Assembly (NCBI GenBank): GCA_002269645.1
Contig: NIVC01000064.1
Coordinates: 496,001-560,000, forward strand
DNA: 64,000 nt
Direction: 5' to 3'
From: Macrostomum lignano
Lineage: Eukaryota
This document shows positions 59,600 to 64,000 of the stretch, in pieces (the first letter of the stretch is position 1; each line of letters begins with the position of its first letter). The position numbers and the translations under genes are program-made. The notes below the pieces were generated by a model. The model was not told the DNA's origin. It saw nothing but the letters and a program-made list of their open reading frames with translations, and did not search any database.

Positions 59600-62500
59600 A
59601 TGCAGGTTGCTAAAAAGATGCTGCTGTTCCTGCTGATTTCAAATTTCTGGATTATGCTGCTTTTAAGGTAAGTCTGGGTCGAAATTAATTACAAGAGTAA
59701 TTGAAGCGATTAGACAAGGATGGCTTTGTGATGGAAAAATACAACAATAAAATTATAGAATTGGGCAGAAAGTGACGTACTGTAAGTTATAATCTCTTTA
59801 TTTCTTTACTTTATGAAATCATCTTTATGAGTCAAATGTGTCAAAACGCTAGTCATACACGCTTGTTAGAGTAGTAGGAAAAGGTTAGCGCCTGCTGAAC
59901 TTCACTGATTGGCCGGAGGTGGGGTTCTCAATAAAGTTCTCACATAATATATTATCTGTAGTTATCAAATAATTAATTGCAATTTAAATCAGTCTTTACA
60001 CCAGAAGTAGCAATAGTTATTGTGACTAAATATTGTTGTACGACTTAAGTAGAAGGACGGGAAACCTCCTTTCTTGAAATTTTTTTGAAGGCAGGTTTTC
60101 CGAAAAGATACACTACGGAGATAGGAGGTTTTCATTTTTTAAGAACAAAATTTGTTATTGCTTTTCATAGGAGGCAGATCCAGTGTTCATCTTTTGACAT
60201 GTTGTGCCTTTCTTATTGCTCTATTGATATTCATAAAAAAATTTGTTTATAAAATTAGGATTGTATGTTAATTTTTTATTCTACGTCGATTTCCAGTACC
60301 AAAACTCATACATAGCTCGAAATATTTGGTTTTACGAGCGTATGAGTCTATTTTATCATCTCTGTTACAAATATTTGTAACACAGTCAGCTAAGAATTAT
60401 GGTTTCAATGGTTTTTAGGCAAAAGACACGTGCTGCAAATGTACACATAAAAGCAATAAGACAGACACGAAGATGAACACTGGATCTGCCTCCTTTCAAA
60501 AGCAAAAACAATTTTGTGCTGAAAAAATGAAAACTTCCTATCTTCGTAGTGTTTTTTTGCGAAAAAACCTGCCTTCAAAAAATTTCCAAGAAATAAAGTT
60601 TCCCGCCCCGCCCTACTTAAGTCGTCCTTGGTTTTACTGCTATTTAACCTTCTAGAAATTTCCGGAAAGTTGATGTAGCACTATAGATAGACGAGACCGT
60701 CTGCAGCATTAGAGAGGCTGACGCCTCCTTCAACGTCAGCAAACTGCTATCATATAAACCGCCTGCATATGTATAGCATTTATGGTAATTCAATTCAGCC
60801 ACCGAACTTGGCATGCTTACGCAAAGCCGTTCGTCCAGCTATTCCGCCACAGACTAAACCTACGCTCGTACATTGCTAATCTAAATGTAAACACGAATTC
60901 CTTAGCAAGTATCTGTTGTTCTTTGAGGCAGCGTGGCCAAATGAACTAGATGCGAGAAGAGATTGCGGGGTAGGAAAAGTCACAAAGGCTTGAAAGGCCG
61001 GTGCGCACTTATATTATAGTTAAACTAACTAACTAGCATGATTCAGCAAAAATCAAACCCCCACCCGGTCTAGGCCGGTCTGGGCAGACAGACAAACACC
61101 CAGCCAATCAAACTGCAAGAACTCTAACCGGCGTACAAGCCGCATACACAACATCACCCACCCCCACCCCCCCCCCCTTATAAAAAGCAATGAGAAGCAA
61201 CGAATTATACACAACAGTATCATTGACAAGTATTCAGCACAAGGTCTGCCCGCCTTGTTGTTCCCGCCGCATGCAGCTTCAAGAGTAGTCTCTCTGTCTG
61301 CATATTAGCATGTCTCCAAAGGTTGCCCTGGTCCAAAAAAACTCTCCGCCTTTCTAGAGCAGGCTGAAGGACCCAGGAGTTAAATGGACACCAATGCTGA
61401 TTGATCAACCTGTTCATCTCATGATGAACTTCTGCTGGATGCGCCCCGGTCGAAGAGCAACAATCAAATGTGGTATGCAGTATCCTTCTGCATATCGGCA
61501 TCAAACTCTGCAGCTATTCTGACAGTCTTCCGCCAACCTTGGAAAAGTTTCATCAGAGTGGAAGACACGAACGTGACTCACATAAAACTTACAAATAGAT
61601 CTTAACTACAAACAGTAGCCAAACCGTATGTATGACGTGCGTACGATAAACCGACATCCTGGATCTTCATCCTCATAGCAACTTCCCCTTTGGAATAAGA
61701 CAGCGCCTAACACAAAGCAGTCATTCCAATATTACAAACTCACATCGAATCATGAGTGCCTCATTTTGCATATTCAGATTCTAAACCTTCATGCATTCTA
61801 AATTTTATTCAAATTCAATTTCTTCTGATAAAACCAATGCAATGAAATCCACTCTTAAGAATCGAGGCAGCCCACCACTACTGCATCCAGGACAGCATCA
61901 AAGCATTCTCAATGAATGCTGACTCAGACCAGCCTGAGACTCTGCTTACCAACCACTGGGAGGTGAACGGACTCGCCTCATCGCAGCGATGCAGCTGGGA
62001 GGTGAGGCTGGGCCGCATGACTCAGCCGCTGCAGCTCATGCTGTCGCTTCGTCTCGGCCACCGTCGACCAAGTGCTGCTGCCAGTGGACCCGGATGTCCG
62101 TCTGAGCTGACCGCGGAGCTGCAGGGTGAGCGATTGAGCCACAGGTGTCGACTGTTGACAGCTGCGGCTGTTTAACATGACTGACGCGCAAGCTCTGCAT
62201 TGACGCCCTCTGCTTCCCTCATTCAGGATCCGCATTCGTCAGAAAGTGTGTACGCGACCTCGCTGCCAGAAGCGCCTCTGATTGTACCTGTCATGAGAAG
62301 GTTAGTGGCGATTGTGTCCAATGATCTCGTTTACTATATATCAAATACTGAGTACAATTCACCCGAATCGCTTGAGCAGCTCGCAGCTGCTGACGGTCCG
62401 GTTCTCGACGGGCGACTCCGAGCCGAGCGCGAGCTGCGGTCGCATCGAGCTGACTATCGCGGTGGCCAAGAAGGGCTTCTGCAGCAGGCACATGCTGCTG

Positions 62501-63690
62501 CATCGGGGCCGCTGCCTCTTCATCTCCGACTCGGAGCTGCGGCTGTCGGATCTGAGCTGGACTGGAGTTGAGCTGGCTGCGATCTCCGGGAAGGAGCAGC
62601 TGGATGAGCTAATGAGGGACAGTGAGTGCTGAGCTGAATGAGCTCACTGAGGGACAGTGAGTGAGCTGCTCATGCTGGTCATTGCTCATGGGTACAGTGC
62701 TGAGCTGCTGCTCATGCTGGTCATTGCTCATGGGTACAGTGCTGAGCTGCTGCTCATGCTGATCATTGCTCATGGGTACTCAGTGCTGAGCTGCTGATCA
62801 TGCTGGTCATTGCTCATGGGTACTCAGTGCTGAGCTGCTGATCATGCTGGTCGTTGCATGTCAGAGCTGAGCTGTTTTATACTTCTGTCATTACTATTAA
62901 AAGTTCACAGCATTGTATCCTTGGACGCATATTTCAGATAAACAGAGACAGCATCGCTACCCATTCCTCATGCCTCTGGACCTAAGCCAAGTCCCAGTCA
63001 GAGTCGGACTGTTCTACAATGTATCGTCCAGCACAATGTTTTATCTTGACAATGCCGCTGGCTCGTGCTCAGCTGACCCAATCAGCCCCAGAGATGCCCA
63101 AGAACTTTTTCTTCTGGTTAGGTAAGTGACAACATTGGAAAAGTGCTGCAGTGTGATCGAATCAATGCCGTTGAACTTCGCAGAATCATCATATCAGCCC
63201 CTTCTGAACCTGCAGGGAGCCAAGACTTTGGGATTCTGGTCAATCAGTGGGGTGCGCATCGCTGATGGTTACTGGATTCTCGACTGCTCAGCTCAGCTTC
63301 TCGAGCTGCAGCTCCTCAGCCAGGTCTCTGCTGAGCTTTCCCGAGAGCCCCTTGAATGAATCTCTTGCTGCAGGTGCGAAGAACTGTACAAGTTTCCTGG
63401 ATGAAACTTTTAGTGAGCAGTTGCAGGTAAAACAGTTTATAAATGGCTCTATTGCCCTAGTCGTAGTTATGATCATTGTGTGTTTAGTTGGATTGCTCAC
63501 GGCGATAATATTTGGATATCGTCGGCGAGCTAAATCTATTGCGGAAGGACTCGAACAGCAAAATAGAAGGATGAGCACTGGAGAGGTTCCTGCTGCGCTC
63601 TGCGTGATGAAGAGTGAATGCCTTGTATCGCCAAACACGAATTTGACGACTTCGGAGTTGAAGCAGCGAAAGTCTAATTCAAAGCAGTAA
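59600..63690 (+). CDS. Paralogue B of the CUB-like/CTLD-like membrane protein; exons 59600-59667 (tentative), 61860-62125, 62227-62300, 62387-62621, 62938-63121, 63216-63690 (433 aa if the downstream acceptor at 62386 is used)
   Basis: Exons 2-4 near-identical to paralogue A. Exons 5-6 have the same phases and recognisable motifs (YPFLMPLDLSQVPVRV; CASL...QLSFSSC...LLSF..P.N). TM IALVVVMIIVCLVGLLTAIIFGY then RRRAK. Candidate signal exon MQVAKKMLLFLLISNFWIMLLL with an AG|GTAAGT phase-2 donor. Exon 3 is 2 nt shorter than in A, so it could alternatively be a pseudogene. Confidence 0.65.
60040..60625. mobile_element. MITE-like element with ~150-bp imperfect terminal inverted repeats
   Basis: 60040-60193 is the reverse complement of 60470-60625 (for example GAAGGCAGGTTTT/AAAACCTGCCTTC and GGAGGCAGATCCAGTGTTCATCTT/AAGATGAACACTGGATCTGCCTCC); no transposase. 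Confidence 0.75.
62622..62860. repeat. 42/44-bp minisatellite in intron 4 of paralogue B, same family as 45414-45630
   Basis: GTGCTGAGCTGCTGCTCATGCTGGTCATTGCTCATGGGTAC units. Confidence 0.9.
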
Positions 63691-64000
63691 AACAAAGTTA
63701 TTAGCAGGAGCAATAAACTGAACGCTAGGCAAGCCACACAGTAAATACTTTAACCGGTGGGACAGTGTCACATATAAATTGGTACAAACATCAATCAGTG
63801 ATAGATTGGTACCATATTGGAGTTTACCTAATCTGTGCTAAATATAGCGCTTGCTTTCAGCATGCTTTTCATGACGTCTGTTTAACTGCCTCTATCACTG
63901 AAAACGCAAATACAACTTTTACGAGCTAATTTCGTAGCTTGTAATTCACACATTTTCTGATCGCTTTTGTTGTTAAAATATGTTTTTCGTTTCTTTTGTC

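Overview
Eukaryotic (metazoan) genomic DNA with spliceosomal introns, not a prokaryotic window. GC-rich exons with polyQ/polyA/polyG tracts separated by minisatellite-filled introns suggest a free-living flatworm such as Macrostomum (inference only). Contents: (1) a complete 14-exon XMAP215/ch-TOG (CKAP5/msps) gene at 3218-20811 (+), 2134 aa by my splicing, in which 12 of 13 introns each hold their own different tandem array; (2) a 17-kb stretch with no recognisable coding gene, alternating unique TAAT-rich DNA with about ten more arrays, including an inverted pair; (3) a two-exon SKOR/Fussel/CORL Ski-family corepressor gene at 38691-40615 (+); (4) from 44 to 64 kb, a cluster of genes I cannot assign to named families: two paralogous CUB-like/C-type-lectin-like single-pass membrane protein genes that are near-identical in their 5' half and highly diverged in their 3' half, a signal-peptide/dibasic-site peptide precursor, two paralogous ~75-aa micropeptides and a candidate 3-exon minus-strand gene; (5) transposon relics: a Ty3/gypsy RT fragment, a CR1-like relic, an RTE-like LINE with a twin-priming-type 5' inversion, MITE-like foldbacks and a tRNA-derived head. 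Most long ORFs in the supplied track are translations of tandem repeats and are not genes. Exon models were built by hand from splice signals and reading-frame continuity; no database searches were run.
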